Positions 48,581-58,883 of a DNA stretch of 64,000 nucleotides are shown piece after piece. The notes below the pieces were generated by a model. That model was not told the origin of the DNA and searched no databases. It saw only the letters and a program-made list of their open reading frames with translations. How positions within the stretch are numbered: position 1 is the stretch's first letter; every line of letters starts with the position of its first letter. Origin of the DNA: a virus. The stretch is taken from the IMG/VR virus record IMGVR_UViG_3300018080_008418; one strand, written 5' to 3'. The position numbers and the translations under genes were made by a program.

Positions 48581-49204
48581 ATGAGTATCATCTTTTCTTC
48601 TCGGAAGCAGGTTTCTGAGGTCAAGAGGGAAAAGCGATTGGGTTCTTTTTCAATCGCATCGGACCCACTTACTTGGGTGGGCTGTCGAGATCATTTCTTG
48701 ACTGTGTTTCATGCCGAGACCCCTGGATTTTTCTTTACGGTTCCTACCGGTGAACATGAGCGTGTCCCTGCGTTCGTTTTGCGAACTGAAGAAATACTTG
48801 ATATTCAAGGCAAGGGCTTCCCTAGTTCTAGGTTTGCTTTGACGAACAGAAGCTATGTTCTCTGGATAGACCCTTCAATGTTTTGGCGAGAAAGCGAAAT
48901 GAAGAGGTCGTTCTTTTCCGCTCTGGTTCGTGCTGGCTTGGAATACCTTCCTGAGTACAACAACTACGAAGAAGCGCTGTACAAGAAGAGATATTTTCGG
49001 GAAACCAAGTCGGCCACTATCAGATTCTTGTTTGGCCATACAGAATTTACATCTAGTGGCCACGTACCTCGAACAGCGTCGAGGCGGGGGTGGCACAACA
49101 CTTTTTCCAGGGAAGATGACAGGGTGGTGCGAAAAAAATTGGTCACACCTGAGGATGAGGAAAAGCGTACTAGTTTAATAGGCGCTGGAAGCTTATGGAG
49201 ATAG
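48581..49204 (+). CDS. hypothetical protein (paralog of 14500..15114)
   Basis: shared conserved block with ORF 14500. Confidence 0.45.
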   Translation: MSIIFSSRKQVSEVKREKRLGSFSIASDPLTWVGCRDHFLTVFHAETPGFFFTVPTGEHERVPAFVLRTEEILDIQGKGFPSSRFALTNRSYVLWIDPSMFWRESEMKRSFFSALVRAGLEYLPEYNNYEEALYKKRYFRETKSATIRFLFGHTEFTSSGHVPRTASRRGWHNTFSREDDRVVRKKLVTPEDEEKRTSLIGAGSLWR

Positions 49205-49542
49205 CCATGGACAATGTTAAAACATATAACAGTCTGAATTTTGATGAAGAGGTAATCAATGCCCAAGAGCCGGTCTTGGTGGATGTTTGGGCCCCTTGGT
49301 GTGGTCCCTGTAATGCCATGACCCCCGTGATGATTGAGGTGTCGAGAAAGTACACCGTGGGCAAGCTCAACATGGATGAGAATCTCGAATTATGCAGGAA
49401 GTATAATGTGTCTGCCATCCCTACCTTTTTGTTCTTTAAAAATGGCGAGGTGGTGGATCGTCTGCTTGGTATTCAATCAGGCAGTGAATTGATGAAAAGA
49501 ATGCGAGAGCTACACGATACGCCGGGTGCGTTGGAAGGATAA
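49195..49542 (+). CDS. trxA: thioredoxin
   Basis: WAPWCGPC active site. Confidence 0.85.
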   Translation: MEIAMDNVKTYNSLNFDEEVINAQEPVLVDVWAPWCGPCNAMTPVMIEVSRKYTVGKLNMDENLELCRKYNVSAIPTFLFFKNGEVVDRLLGIQSGSELMKRMRELHDTPGALEG

Positions 49543-50692
49543 AGTTATGCCAAAGAGAGTTTTGTTGACTGGGGCTGGTGGTTTCATTGGCTCTCATTGT
49601 GTGCAGTATTGGTTGGAAAATACCGATTGGGAGATCATTTGTTTGGACAGTTTTCGTCACAAGGGGTACGTAAGTCGTATTCAAGAGGTTGGCGGAAGAC
49701 TGGCCAATATCAATTGGACGGGTGATTGGGAAAAGCGTGTGAAGATTTACACGCATGACCTAACAGTTCCAATTGATCCGCCGCTTGAGAATTTGATTAT
49801 GGGTCGTTCCTTGGACGACCGAGGTGTGGTTACCGAAAAACCTCTGCACGCCATCGTGAGCATGGCGAGCGATAGTGCCGTCGAACGTTCGGCTACAGAC
49901 CCGACACATTGTTGGCACAACAACTGCACTTTGATTGCTACGATGTTGGAATTTGCACGGAAAGTGAAGCCGGGCATATTCCTCCAGGTTTCGACAGACG
50001 AAGTGTATGGCGAGGCACCACCGAAACCGCATCCTGGCCATCATGAGTGGGATGTGATTATGCCAAGTAATCCTTATGCGGCATCCAAGGCGGCTCAAGA
50101 GGCTTTATGTGTTGCCTATTGGCGGACCTACAAAGTTCCTGTTGTCATCACAAACTGCATGAACATTGTTGCTGAGTGGCAAGATCCGGAAAAGTTCCTG
50201 CCGAAGATTATTCAGTTTGTTGCTCAAGGCAAGAAGGACATGCCGATCTATGCGGATCGGGTTGTGGAGCCAGAAGAGGGCAAGGGGTACACACGTGATT
50301 CTTTCAATCATATGGAAGGCAACATTGCCTGGAATATCGGTTCACGTGTGTATCTAGATGCAAGGAATAAAGCAGATGCGTTAATGTTTCTGATGAACCA
50401 GCCGCCCGTGATGTACGATGGCACTGGGCACAACAGGCCGGATCGCTACAACATTTGTGGCGACGTGGAGGTCAATAATCTTGAGTTGGCTCAGATGGTC
50501 GCCGAGATCATGGGCAAGAAATTGGAGTACAAGCTGGTTCCCAGTGAATCCGCTCGACCCGGTTATGATCGCCGGTATGCTTTGGACGGGGCGAAATTGA
50601 GGGAAATGGGCTGGAAACAGCCAATTTCTTTCCGAGAGACCCTGGAAAGAGTGGTTAAGTGGAGCATGGCCCACCCCCACTGGTTGGTGTGA
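49526..50692 (+). CDS. NAD-dependent epimerase/dehydratase (dTDP-glucose 4,6-dehydratase-like)
   Basis: LLTGAGGFIGSH Rossmann; YAASK catalytic YxxxK. Confidence 0.7.
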   Translation: MRWKDKVMPKRVLLTGAGGFIGSHCVQYWLENTDWEIICLDSFRHKGYVSRIQEVGGRLANINWTGDWEKRVKIYTHDLTVPIDPPLENLIMGRSLDDRGVVTEKPLHAIVSMASDSAVERSATDPTHCWHNNCTLIATMLEFARKVKPGIFLQVSTDEVYGEAPPKPHPGHHEWDVIMPSNPYAASKAAQEALCVAYWRTYKVPVVITNCMNIVAEWQDPEKFLPKIIQFVAQGKKDMPIYADRVVEPEEGKGYTRDSFNHMEGNIAWNIGSRVYLDARNKADALMFLMNQPPVMYDGTGHNRPDRYNICGDVEVNNLELAQMVAEIMGKKLEYKLVPSESARPGYDRRYALDGAKLREMGWKQPISFRETLERVVKWSMAHPHWLV

Positions 50693-50758
50693 GTTTACAG
50701 TTCGCCACAGGCGGACTACAATACTAGCGTGATTTTTGTCGATTTACGCTAACCCCCT

Positions 50759-51157
50759 GTGGAGGTACGCATGGAGACCATCAAAAAGCTGTGGTGTGGG
50801 TTCTGGGGCTGGGTTGCCAGTTGGTTCAGCGGCTCGAAGGACGACATTGCGTCGAGTTACCAAAAGGTATTGAACCACACGTTTTTTTCAAAAACCGAAC
50901 TCCTCAAGGTGAAGCTGGGGCGGATTCCCAGTGAAATCGAACTGGCCGAGGCTTTCAAGGAAGCCTGCGAGGAGGTCGTCGGTGTGATGGATGCCAAGTT
51001 GCGCATCTATCAAGAAGGTGCCAGTGCTGTGGCGGAAACGGCTGACGTTAGGCCGGTACAACCGCCACCCCCTCCGACCGAAGAGTCCGCCGAGAAGGCG
51101 GAAGTAGTTACCGAAGAGTCGTCTTCAGAGGAAGGAGGCGACAAGGAAGGAGATTAA
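50759..51157 (+). CDS. hypothetical acidic protein
   Basis: 132 aa. Confidence 0.4.
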   Translation: MEVRMETIKKLWCGFWGWVASWFSGSKDDIASSYQKVLNHTFFSKTELLKVKLGRIPSEIELAEAFKEACEEVVGVMDAKLRIYQEGASAVAETADVRPVQPPPPPTEESAEKAEVVTEESSSEEGGDKEGD

Positions 51158-51850
51158 ATGGATTGGTTTACAGCAGACTTGCATTTTAGGCATAACAACA
51201 TTGTAAAGCACAGTCTGCGAACGTTGTTTATGTCGGAGAGTGAAAGAGAAGTAGTTGAAAGAGGCGACCGAAGAGAAATCGAGAGGCTGCGGATCAGTCG
51301 TGAATCGACTGACAGAATGAATGATGGATTCACCGATGAAATCAATCGAGTAGTCCAGCCGCATGACCGACTGTGGATTCTGGGGGATTTTGCTTACCCC
51401 CGAAGAAGCGATAGTCCACATGAGGTTTGTAGAGTGTATCGCTTCTACCGAGAGAGGTTCAATTGCCGGAACGTGGTCCTCGTGTGGGGCAACCACGATC
51501 CGCCAACGGATTCCAAGGCCCGAGATCTGATTAGCAGGGTTTTCAGCAAGACATACGACAAGCTGACAACTAGGGTCGAAGGCCAGAAGATCCACATGAA
51601 CCATGAACCTGTCGCCATCTGGGATGGCCGACATCACGGGGTTTGGCACCTATACGGCCACACCCACAGCAACGGTGAGCCGTGGCTTGAAGAGGTGATG
51701 CCGGGCCGATTTGGGATGGATGTTGGCGTGGATAACGCCTTCAAGATTCTCGGTGAGTATCGACCGTTTTCCTTCAAGGAGATTGGCGACATCATGAGAA
51801 ACAAGTCTGGCTTTGGTTTACTGAAGTCCAGGCAGTACCATCACAATTGA
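51158..51850 (+). CDS. calcineurin-like metallophosphoesterase
   Basis: DLHF.H...LWILGDFAY...VWGNHD...YGHTH motifs. Confidence 0.65.
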   Translation: MDWFTADLHFRHNNIVKHSLRTLFMSESEREVVERGDRREIERLRISRESTDRMNDGFTDEINRVVQPHDRLWILGDFAYPRRSDSPHEVCRVYRFYRERFNCRNVVLVWGNHDPPTDSKARDLISRVFSKTYDKLTTRVEGQKIHMNHEPVAIWDGRHHGVWHLYGHTHSNGEPWLEEVMPGRFGMDVGVDNAFKILGEYRPFSFKEIGDIMRNKSGFGLLKSRQYHHN

Positions 51851-51851
51851 C

Positions 51852-52286
51852 ATGTTTCAATCACAAGGTAAGTTGCGATACAGCCCTCAACTGATCGGTT
51901 CGAGGGCTGATTCTTTTTCATGGTGGCTCGTGGTGGACTGCGATCCAGAGATCGGCAGGTACTACCGACACCTGTATTCTCTTGCGCATAATAAATGTCG
52001 AAATCTCCTGCGCCCTTCTTGGCGTGAGCATATTTCTGTCATCAGAGATGAAGAGCCACCCGAGAACAAGAAGCATCTGTGGAAAAAATACGATGGTCAG
52101 GTGGTGATTTTTCGATACCGCCCGGAAATCGACCACGATGGACTGTATTTCTGGCTGGATGTGGAATGCGATTTCTTGCTGGATTTACGGGTGGAAATCG
52201 GTCTGTCGAGACACCCGGAATACTCCCTCCACCTGACGGTGGGGAATGCCAGATTTCCAAACTCTCCAGTTTCACAATTGGAATAG
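51852..52286 (+). CDS. hypothetical protein
   Basis: 144 aa. Confidence 0.4.
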   Translation: MFQSQGKLRYSPQLIGSRADSFSWWLVVDCDPEIGRYYRHLYSLAHNKCRNLLRPSWREHISVIRDEEPPENKKHLWKKYDGQVVIFRYRPEIDHDGLYFWLDVECDFLLDLRVEIGLSRHPEYSLHLTVGNARFPNSPVSQLE

Positions 52287-52334
52287 CCTGTGCTACAATA
52301 TCATTGGCTATTTTGCAAGAGGATGTAAGTTGTT

Positions 52335-52556
52335 ATGCCAAAAGAAGATTCAATCGAGTCCACCGGTACAGTGGTGGAAGCACTCAGGGATAGTAAATTT
52401 CGTGTCCAGTTGGACGAAACAAATCATTTGGCCCTTTGCACGCTGGCGGGGAAGTTGAGGAAGCACTTTATCCGCATCGTGCCCGGTGACAAGGTAAAGG
52501 TGGAGTTGAGTCCATATGATTTATCTCGTGGCCGGATTACCTACAGGAATAAATGA
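52335..52556 (+). CDS. infA: translation initiation factor IF-1
   Basis: 73 aa; near-colinear with bacterial IF1 (KEDSIE..GTVVEAL....FRV.L.......GK.RK..IRI..GDKV.VEL.PYDL..GRI..R). Confidence 0.85.
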   Translation: MPKEDSIESTGTVVEALRDSKFRVQLDETNHLALCTLAGKLRKHFIRIVPGDKVKVELSPYDLSRGRITYRNK

Positions 52557-54823
52557 ACATGAGTGAGATCAAGAAGCAGTGTGACGAACTTGAAGTTGTC
52601 ATTGTCCACTTGGACACGGAGTATGAGTTGGGCAATGACTGCATGCTTCCCGATGACGTATCGGACTGGCTGTGTGAGGAGTTTGGCGTTGATCCGGACG
52701 TTCCGGTGCCCGATTCTCGTTACGACGCCATGCGTCGATTCTTGAAAGACAATCGCCCCGACTCCAAGATCCTCAAGACCGCCACCGCTTCCAAAGTGGA
52801 CAGTGCTGCCAAGAAGGTGGTGCATGATCCACCGCTCACATCTATCGAAAAAGCAGGGCACGAAGTATTGGCCAAGAAGGAGGGCATGCTTTTTAAGTGG
52901 CTGTTTGATCGCACAGGCCAAGCCGACGACGCTGTTCGCAAAGGCCCGGTGTACGATCTGGATGAGAAGGAGTTGCCAGAAGTTGATCCCAAAACCAAGA
53001 AGCCGACTGGTAAAAAGGTTAAGCACGACAAGCGGATCTACGACCCTGATCTTACGCCCGGCATCCCCTCGAAATTTCACGGCAAGGTTGTCACCTACCC
53101 CCGAGGGGATTACTTTTCCATGTCCTACAAGTGGGACGGTGTGGCGCTGGCGTTGTACTATGAGAACGGCAAATTGGTGCGAGCCGGTCTTCGCCCCAGA
53201 GATGGCGTCAACGGCGAAGACGTTACGGAGAACGTCAAGTACGTGAAGGGCATCCCTCAAACGTTGCCTGAGCCTCTCACCATTCGCATCACCGGCGAGT
53301 TGATCTGCCCGAATTCCGAATTCCCCAAGGTTCAAGCTTGGAAGAAGAAGCAGAAGGAAAAGGAATTCGCCAACACCCGAGCGGCCACTGTGGGCGGCAT
53401 TCGACAGTTTAAGGAGCCTGAAAAAACCAAACACCACCGTTTGATCTTCTGTGGCTACGGTGTTGAGGGCCACAACAATCCGCCGTACAAGACGGAAGTG
53501 GAAAGGGCTAAGTGGTGTAACCAAGTGTTGAAGGTGAAGTTCGTTCAGACCTTGCCTTTTGATTTTTATATCCTGGCCTTTATGGAAGCGCACGCTCCCC
53601 ACCTGGATTATGAAGTGGATGGTGTTGTGATCTCCGTTAACAATCTGGAGGCCCAGGAACAGTGCGGTCGCCATGGCGATCCGAAGACCGGCAACCCCAA
53701 GGGCAAGGTGGCGTGGAAGTTTGCAGAGGAAGTTGCCGAGCCGCCCTTGAAGAGCCTGGATTGGCAGGTCGGTCGAACCGGTGTCATTAAACCGGTTGCC
53801 AACTTCGATCCCGTTCGACTCGCTGAAACCGATGTTCGCCGTGCCACGTGTCACAATCTCGGCTTCTTGAAGAAACACAGGATCGATGTCGGCACCGTCT
53901 TGAGGGTGCTGAAAGCAGGGAAAATTATCCCGAAAGTGATTGGAGTGGCAAAAAATCCATGTTCTGGCGAACCTTCTTACCCGAAGGAGTGTCCATCTTG
54001 TAGGGAGAAGACCACCGTGCGTCATTCTCCCGCCAAAGGCAAGCAAGAAGAGAAGTGGGAGTTGGTGTGTGAGAACCCGAATTGTCCAGCACGCCAACTG
54101 AATACCTACACCCACTATCTGCAAAAACTGGGGGTCTTGGGCCTGGGTGATGCGACCGTGACGGCGCTGCTGGCATCAGGGGTGTTGAAGTCACGAGCGG
54201 ATTACTATGAACTGGATGAGGCGAAGTGCAAGGCTGCTGGTTTCTCTGATCGAGAGGGCCTGTTGATCCTGGGTGGAATCTTGATGATTCATGATCCCTC
54301 CCACGAGGACGACGCCGCCCTCCGTAAAAAGATTGCGGTGGCCCAAACGGACAAGTTGTCGATTCCGGCTTGGAAGTTCTTCGCCGCTCTCGGCATCCCC
54401 ACCGCTGGCGAATCGGCAGGCAAGGCGTTGGTGGATCACTTTGGCGACTTCGATGCCATCCGACAGGCGACTGCGGATGAACTGGAAGCCGTGGACGAGA
54501 TCGGCCACAAGACTGCCGGTATTGTTGCGACATACCTGGAAGAGCATGCGGACGAGATCGATGCTTTGTTGACGCACATTGAATTGGAGTTGCCGAAGCA
54601 GGGTAAGTTGAGTGGCAAGACGTTTTGCCTCAGCGGCAGTTTCACCGAAGGAAAGAAGCACTGGCAGGACGCCATCGAGGATGAAGGTGGTAAGTGCGTG
54701 GGGAACGTGAGCAAGAAATGCGACTACCTTGTGGCTGGGCCTGGGTCCGGTTCCAAGAGCGAGAAAGCTGACAAGTTGGGCATTCCAATCCTTGACGTGA
54801 AGGGGCTCCAGAAACTTCTGTGA
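52553..54823 (+). CDS. ligA: NAD-dependent DNA ligase
   Basis: KxDG adenylation motif (YKWDGVA), Cys4 zinc finger, HhH region, C-terminal BRCT. Confidence 0.85.
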   Translation: MNMSEIKKQCDELEVVIVHLDTEYELGNDCMLPDDVSDWLCEEFGVDPDVPVPDSRYDAMRRFLKDNRPDSKILKTATASKVDSAAKKVVHDPPLTSIEKAGHEVLAKKEGMLFKWLFDRTGQADDAVRKGPVYDLDEKELPEVDPKTKKPTGKKVKHDKRIYDPDLTPGIPSKFHGKVVTYPRGDYFSMSYKWDGVALALYYENGKLVRAGLRPRDGVNGEDVTENVKYVKGIPQTLPEPLTIRITGELICPNSEFPKVQAWKKKQKEKEFANTRAATVGGIRQFKEPEKTKHHRLIFCGYGVEGHNNPPYKTEVERAKWCNQVLKVKFVQTLPFDFYILAFMEAHAPHLDYEVDGVVISVNNLEAQEQCGRHGDPKTGNPKGKVAWKFAEEVAEPPLKSLDWQVGRTGVIKPVANFDPVRLAETDVRRATCHNLGFLKKHRIDVGTVLRVLKAGKIIPKVIGVAKNPCSGEPSYPKECPSCREKTTVRHSPAKGKQEEKWELVCENPNCPARQLNTYTHYLQKLGVLGLGDATVTALLASGVLKSRADYYELDEAKCKAAGFSDREGLLILGGILMIHDPSHEDDAALRKKIAVAQTDKLSIPAWKFFAALGIPTAGESAGKALVDHFGDFDAIRQATADELEAVDEIGHKTAGIVATYLEEHADEIDALLTHIELELPKQGKLSGKTFCLSGSFTEGKKHWQDAIEDEGGKCVGNVSKKCDYLVAGPGSGSKSEKADKLGIPILDVKGLQKLL

Positions 54824-54863
54824 GTCTGATATATAGTTCATAATCCTCAAGGAGTTATGAACT

Positions 54864-55493
54864 ATGTTGAGCTTGCGTCAGTGGAAATTCGCCCAGCAAT
54901 TGAACGAAAGCAACCTCTCACGAATTTACGAGCATATCATGGATCACGAGTGTGCCATTATCACAGCGTTCCGTGCAGACCCGTTTGATAGGTTGGGGTG
55001 TGTTGATCCAGAGCCTCTTCCCTATTCGGATGATGAGCACAACGCCTTGAGCGCCAACAAACTCAACAATCGTGATCTCAAAGCAGTGTTGCTTTCCATG
55101 GGGTTTGGTGTCACCGATGTGGACGGAAGCTTTATCGAGAACTTCAAAACCAGCAGAGCCATAGAGGTCAAAGAGGATTCGCTGTTCGTTGCCAACCTGA
55201 AAGACGACCAAGGCTTCTTTGAGACCATCATTAGGTTGGGCAAGAAGTTTTGCCAAGACTCTGTGTTGCTTATTCCTCGGGGTGGCAAAGGGGCTTATCT
55301 CTACGGAACAAACAAGTCGGAATTCCCCGGCCTTGACCAAAAAGTGGAGGTTGGAGATTGGAAGGGCGGCAAAGATGCCGAATTCATGACCAAGGTTAGA
55401 GGTCGGCCTTTCACTTTTGAGACCTATCAGGGCCTCTCTCGATTAGAACGAATGGCCGCTAAGGCTATCGCAAAAGGTCTGAAACTCGACTGA
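54864..55493 (+). CDS. hypothetical protein
   Basis: 209 aa. Confidence 0.45.
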   Translation: MLSLRQWKFAQQLNESNLSRIYEHIMDHECAIITAFRADPFDRLGCVDPEPLPYSDDEHNALSANKLNNRDLKAVLLSMGFGVTDVDGSFIENFKTSRAIEVKEDSLFVANLKDDQGFFETIIRLGKKFCQDSVLLIPRGGKGAYLYGTNKSEFPGLDQKVEVGDWKGGKDAEFMTKVRGRPFTFETYQGLSRLERMAAKAIAKGLKLD

Positions 55494-55502
55494 GGGTGAA
55501 TC

Positions 55503-56060
55503 ATGAAAATTATTACACTCCCATGTTTCAACATTATTGTGCGCCTGGGCATTGACGAGGGTGATAGCCCCGAAGCCCAACAGGCCCGAGAAAATGGTGT
55601 TGATGCAGACATTCATGCTGAATGGCCCGAGGCGAAGGTGAAAGAGGGTGATGTTTGTTGGCAGGATGCTTATCGCAATGCCCTTTCAGGCTTTGAGGAT
55701 TTGATTCTGCATCACGCTCGACATGACGTGCAGATCAAGAGCGACGGTTACATCGAGGGGCTCAAGGATGCTGTCAAGCAACTTCAAGAGTTGTATCAAC
55801 TCGGTTCAGAATGCTATGGGGGCGATGAAGCGGAACTGCCGGAAGAGGGCTACGTTTTTTGTGAAGACTACGTGACCGCCACCAATGTCGCACACAGCCT
55901 TTTGTTGAAAGATCAGACCTTTTTGTACGAACACAGGAATGGGCAGTACGTGTTCTTCATCCATCCCCAAGCCAAGGAATCCGGAAATGGATCTTCAAGA
56001 AGCGGCGAAGATAGTGATCGACGAAGCACGGCAGCCCAAGAAGAATCCCCCGGAGCTTAA
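55503..56060 (+). CDS. hypothetical protein
   Basis: 185 aa; 3' end may be shorter (low-complexity tail). Confidence 0.4.
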   Translation: MKIITLPCFNIIVRLGIDEGDSPEAQQARENGVDADIHAEWPEAKVKEGDVCWQDAYRNALSGFEDLILHHARHDVQIKSDGYIEGLKDAVKQLQELYQLGSECYGGDEAELPEEGYVFCEDYVTATNVAHSLLLKDQTFLYEHRNGQYVFFIHPQAKESGNGSSRSGEDSDRRSTAAQEESPGA

Positions 56061-56550
56061 TGGGGGTGAATTCATCTCCATGAAGGGCGATCAGTTGCAG
56101 GCGTCTGCGGGCGGCTCGATGTTGGCTGCCTTAGACAAGATCAAATCCCATCAGTGGCACGATGAGATGTCGGAAGCTCAGCGGCAGGTGGCCGAATTCA
56201 TTTGGGATAAAATGGGGCGGCACCAACAGGAGCGTGAGCCTTTCATTGCGGGGTTTTTGAAAGAATACAACATGAGCCACGAACTTGTTGTCTGGTTGCG
56301 GCTCACTTACATTTTTGAGCAGTTTACCGCTCGGTATCGTTCGGAGAAGAAGGAAAATGTAATGGCTGTTCTGTGCGGCCTTTCTTTAGGGTTCTCCAAA
56401 TCAATCAATATCATTGAGAGTGCTGCCCGACGCCGGTACTTGCGAGAACTTATCAATGAGACTCAGCGTGAGGGGACAACTCATTTCGGCGATGTAAATT
56501 TTGAAATCATCGGCGAATGGGAGTCTCTCCAAACCAATCCACCCTACTAG
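55987..56550 (+). CDS. hypothetical protein
   Basis: internal Met of ORF 55939.. Confidence 0.4.
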   Translation: MDLQEAAKIVIDEARQPKKNPPELNGGEFISMKGDQLQASAGGSMLAALDKIKSHQWHDEMSEAQRQVAEFIWDKMGRHQQEREPFIAGFLKEYNMSHELVVWLRLTYIFEQFTARYRSEKKENVMAVLCGLSLGFSKSINIIESAARRRYLRELINETQREGTTHFGDVNFEIIGEWESLQTNPPY

Positions 56551-56556
56551 GAGGCC

Positions 56557-57357
56557 ATGATGGCGGAACCAGAACGGATTAGCGGAACCCGAGAGTGGGC
56601 GGTTGCCAATGTTAATTGCGTTACCGGATGCGAGCACAACTGCCGTTATTGTTATGCTCGTTTCAATGCGGTACAGCGATTCAAGCGGGTTGCCAATAAC
56701 GATGCGTGGGAAAAGCCCCAAGTGCGAGAGCACGACGTTAGGAAAAGCCGACGCAAGATTGACGGGACGATCATGTTCCCAACCACGCATGATATTACAC
56801 CGGCTGTTTTGGAGCCGTGCGTGGAGGTTTTGGGCAAACTGTTGGGTGCGGGGAATCACGTGCTAGTGGTCAGCAAACCGCATCTCTCTTGCATCGAACG
56901 CATCTGTTCCGACTTCACCTCACACAAGGATCAAATCCTTTTCCGCTTTACTATTGGGGCCTATGATGATACCATTCTAGAACATTGGGAGCCCGGCGCT
57001 CCCCGGTTTCTAGAGCGGTTCAACGCCCTCCAACACGCTTTTAAGCAAGGCTTCGATACCAGTGTGAGTGTTGAGCCCATGCTGGACTCCGACAACATCG
57101 TTCAACTCTACGATATGCTGGAACCGTTTGTCACCGATGCCATTTGGATCGGCAAGATGAACAAGGTCCGCCAGCGTGTGGACATCTTTACGGAAGAGGA
57201 TGAAAGACATGTGGAGCTTATTGAGGTTGGCCAGACTGATGCTCGAATTAAGGGGATATACGAAGCTCTTAAAGGACGTGGTAAAGTCAAGTGGAAAGAG
57301 TCCGTCAAAGAAGTCGTCGGACTCGCCCTCGCCACCGAAGCCGGAACCGACGAATGA
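56557..57357 (+). CDS. radical SAM protein (SplB-like)
   Basis: CEHNCRYC CxxxCxxC cluster near N-terminus. Confidence 0.55.
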   Translation: MMAEPERISGTREWAVANVNCVTGCEHNCRYCYARFNAVQRFKRVANNDAWEKPQVREHDVRKSRRKIDGTIMFPTTHDITPAVLEPCVEVLGKLLGAGNHVLVVSKPHLSCIERICSDFTSHKDQILFRFTIGAYDDTILEHWEPGAPRFLERFNALQHAFKQGFDTSVSVEPMLDSDNIVQLYDMLEPFVTDAIWIGKMNKVRQRVDIFTEEDERHVELIEVGQTDARIKGIYEALKGRGKVKWKESVKEVVGLALATEAGTDE

Positions 57358-57406
57358 TAGCGGCGAAGAGGTGTCCCCTCTTGAACAGTTTGACAAAATC
57401 AAGTGC

Positions 57407-57892
57407 ATGGAATACACCTGCCCTCATTGTGGCAAGATTTGGCGAACCCATCGGAAGAACGTCACGTCTTGCTTTTATTGTGAACGGTCCCTGATTGAAG
57501 AAGGAGAAGAAGAAGTGGCTGTAGATCCAAAAGAAAGAGATGCGTTCCCCTTTCCCGACCTTTCCAGTTTGTTCGAGAAAGTCGGGCAACTTTTTGAAAA
57601 AGAGCGGGTGGTCAATGTCACTGAGCAGACCGCCCTGCCCGGTCAACAGGGCGTAACCATGAAGTCCACCCTGTTGATCGTGCCTCGGAGCGTAGATCTC
57701 AACGAGGCTAAGACTCACTGGGCGGATTGGTGCAAGAAAACCTTCGTGGAATACCTTGTGGAATTCAAGAATGCGAAGGTCATTGAGGTGGAAGAGTTTT
57801 CCATTGTGGCCAAGAGCGAACCGGTCTGGAGATCTGAGGCTCCTGGCCACAGGAAAGAGACCGCCCGAGGGAGTCAAATTCCGGAAGGGTAA
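57407..57892 (+). CDS. zinc-ribbon protein (hypothetical)
   Basis: CPHCG...CFYC; start trimmed to internal Met to avoid overlap with radical SAM gene. Confidence 0.35.
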   Translation: MEYTCPHCGKIWRTHRKNVTSCFYCERSLIEEGEEEVAVDPKERDAFPFPDLSSLFEKVGQLFEKERVVNVTEQTALPGQQGVTMKSTLLIVPRSVDLNEAKTHWADWCKKTFVEYLVEFKNAKVIEVEEFSIVAKSEPVWRSEAPGHRKETARGSQIPEG

Positions 57893-57895
57893 ACC

Positions 57896-58531
57896 ATGTC
57901 CATTAACATGACGCAAGAATTCGTGTTCGATACGGATGATCTGGGGTCGTTTGAGAAGATGCTCCAGGTTATTGGGGAGATTTTGTTCGGTGGCCGCAAG
58001 TTCGGCGACTCTTCCAAACTCCATATCCAGGTCAAGGACGAACACTACGGATTTCCCGATGGCAGGAATCACAGGGCGGCTTTTGCCGAACAGCCCGAGG
58101 TGTTGGCCGAGGGAGGCAAATACTTCCTGTTGAAGCCCCACAGGATTTTCGGTGGAGCGTCATTTAGGACAAAGGGCAAGTCATTTACCGACAAAGACGA
58201 GGCGGCGAAGGCTTCTTGTAGCAAATACAAGGAGCCCAAGCCGTCCAGAAAATGGATTGCCACGATTAACGATTGGGGCGGTGATCTGGATAGAGCAGAA
58301 GAGGGCTCGGTTATTCTCTGTCCAGATGTAAGTGACATGGTGCGTGCTGCAATGGAATTGATGCGTGCCGCAGACAAGAAAGATTTCCTCAAGGAATTTG
58401 GTGATGGCTACCACTACGGCTTCAACAGCTTTGATGGTAGCATAGGAGTGGGTTATCGAATGGAGTGGAGTCCTTCTGGCGCACAAGATCTTTTACACCT
58501 TTCAATGGTTCACGCTTACTATGGAAAATAA
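57896..58531 (+). CDS. hypothetical protein
   Basis: 211 aa. Confidence 0.45.
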   Translation: MSINMTQEFVFDTDDLGSFEKMLQVIGEILFGGRKFGDSSKLHIQVKDEHYGFPDGRNHRAAFAEQPEVLAEGGKYFLLKPHRIFGGASFRTKGKSFTDKDEAAKASCSKYKEPKPSRKWIATINDWGGDLDRAEEGSVILCPDVSDMVRAAMELMRAADKKDFLKEFGDGYHYGFNSFDGSIGVGYRMEWSPSGAQDLLHLSMVHAYYGK

Positions 58532-58883
58532 AAGGACGCCTAAGATAATGGGAGCCGCTGATCCTCAATGGGAATACTTCTGGAGCTTGCTCATAATTGA
58601 AACGAAAGAGCTTGCCAAGGAAGATGTGAAGATGACGCAGAAGGTTGCTGCCTTCAAGAAGGCGATGCACAGAGCGTTTACGGCTGGTCGGAAGGCAGGA
58701 CGGGAAGATGCGGCGAGCACCAAATCTGCCGCCGATGCTTTTGCGGATTTTAGAACGCCTCTTACTCAATCAGAAGTAGAATCCGCAAAAGAAGCATTGA
58801 AGGGGTTTGAGAATCTATTTGGATTCACCCCTGGAAAGTTTGATACAGATGAAAAAGGAACTGACAAACCGACTGGTTTATGA
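58521..58883 (+). CDS. hypothetical protein
   Basis: 120 aa. Confidence 0.4.
   Translation: MENKRTPKIMGAADPQWEYFWSLLIIETKELAKEDVKMTQKVAAFKKAMHRAFTAGRKAGREDAASTKSAADAFADFRTPLTQSEVESAKEALKGFENLFGFTPGKFDTDEKGTDKPTGL

Noticed and set aside
52541-54124. 527-aa minus-strand ORF
   Set aside because: Antisense to ligA, which carries all NAD-ligase hallmarks.
57176-57892. Long form of Zn-ribbon ORF
   Set aside because: The first 180 nt overlap the 3' end of the radical SAM gene in another frame; trimmed to the internal Met at 57407.
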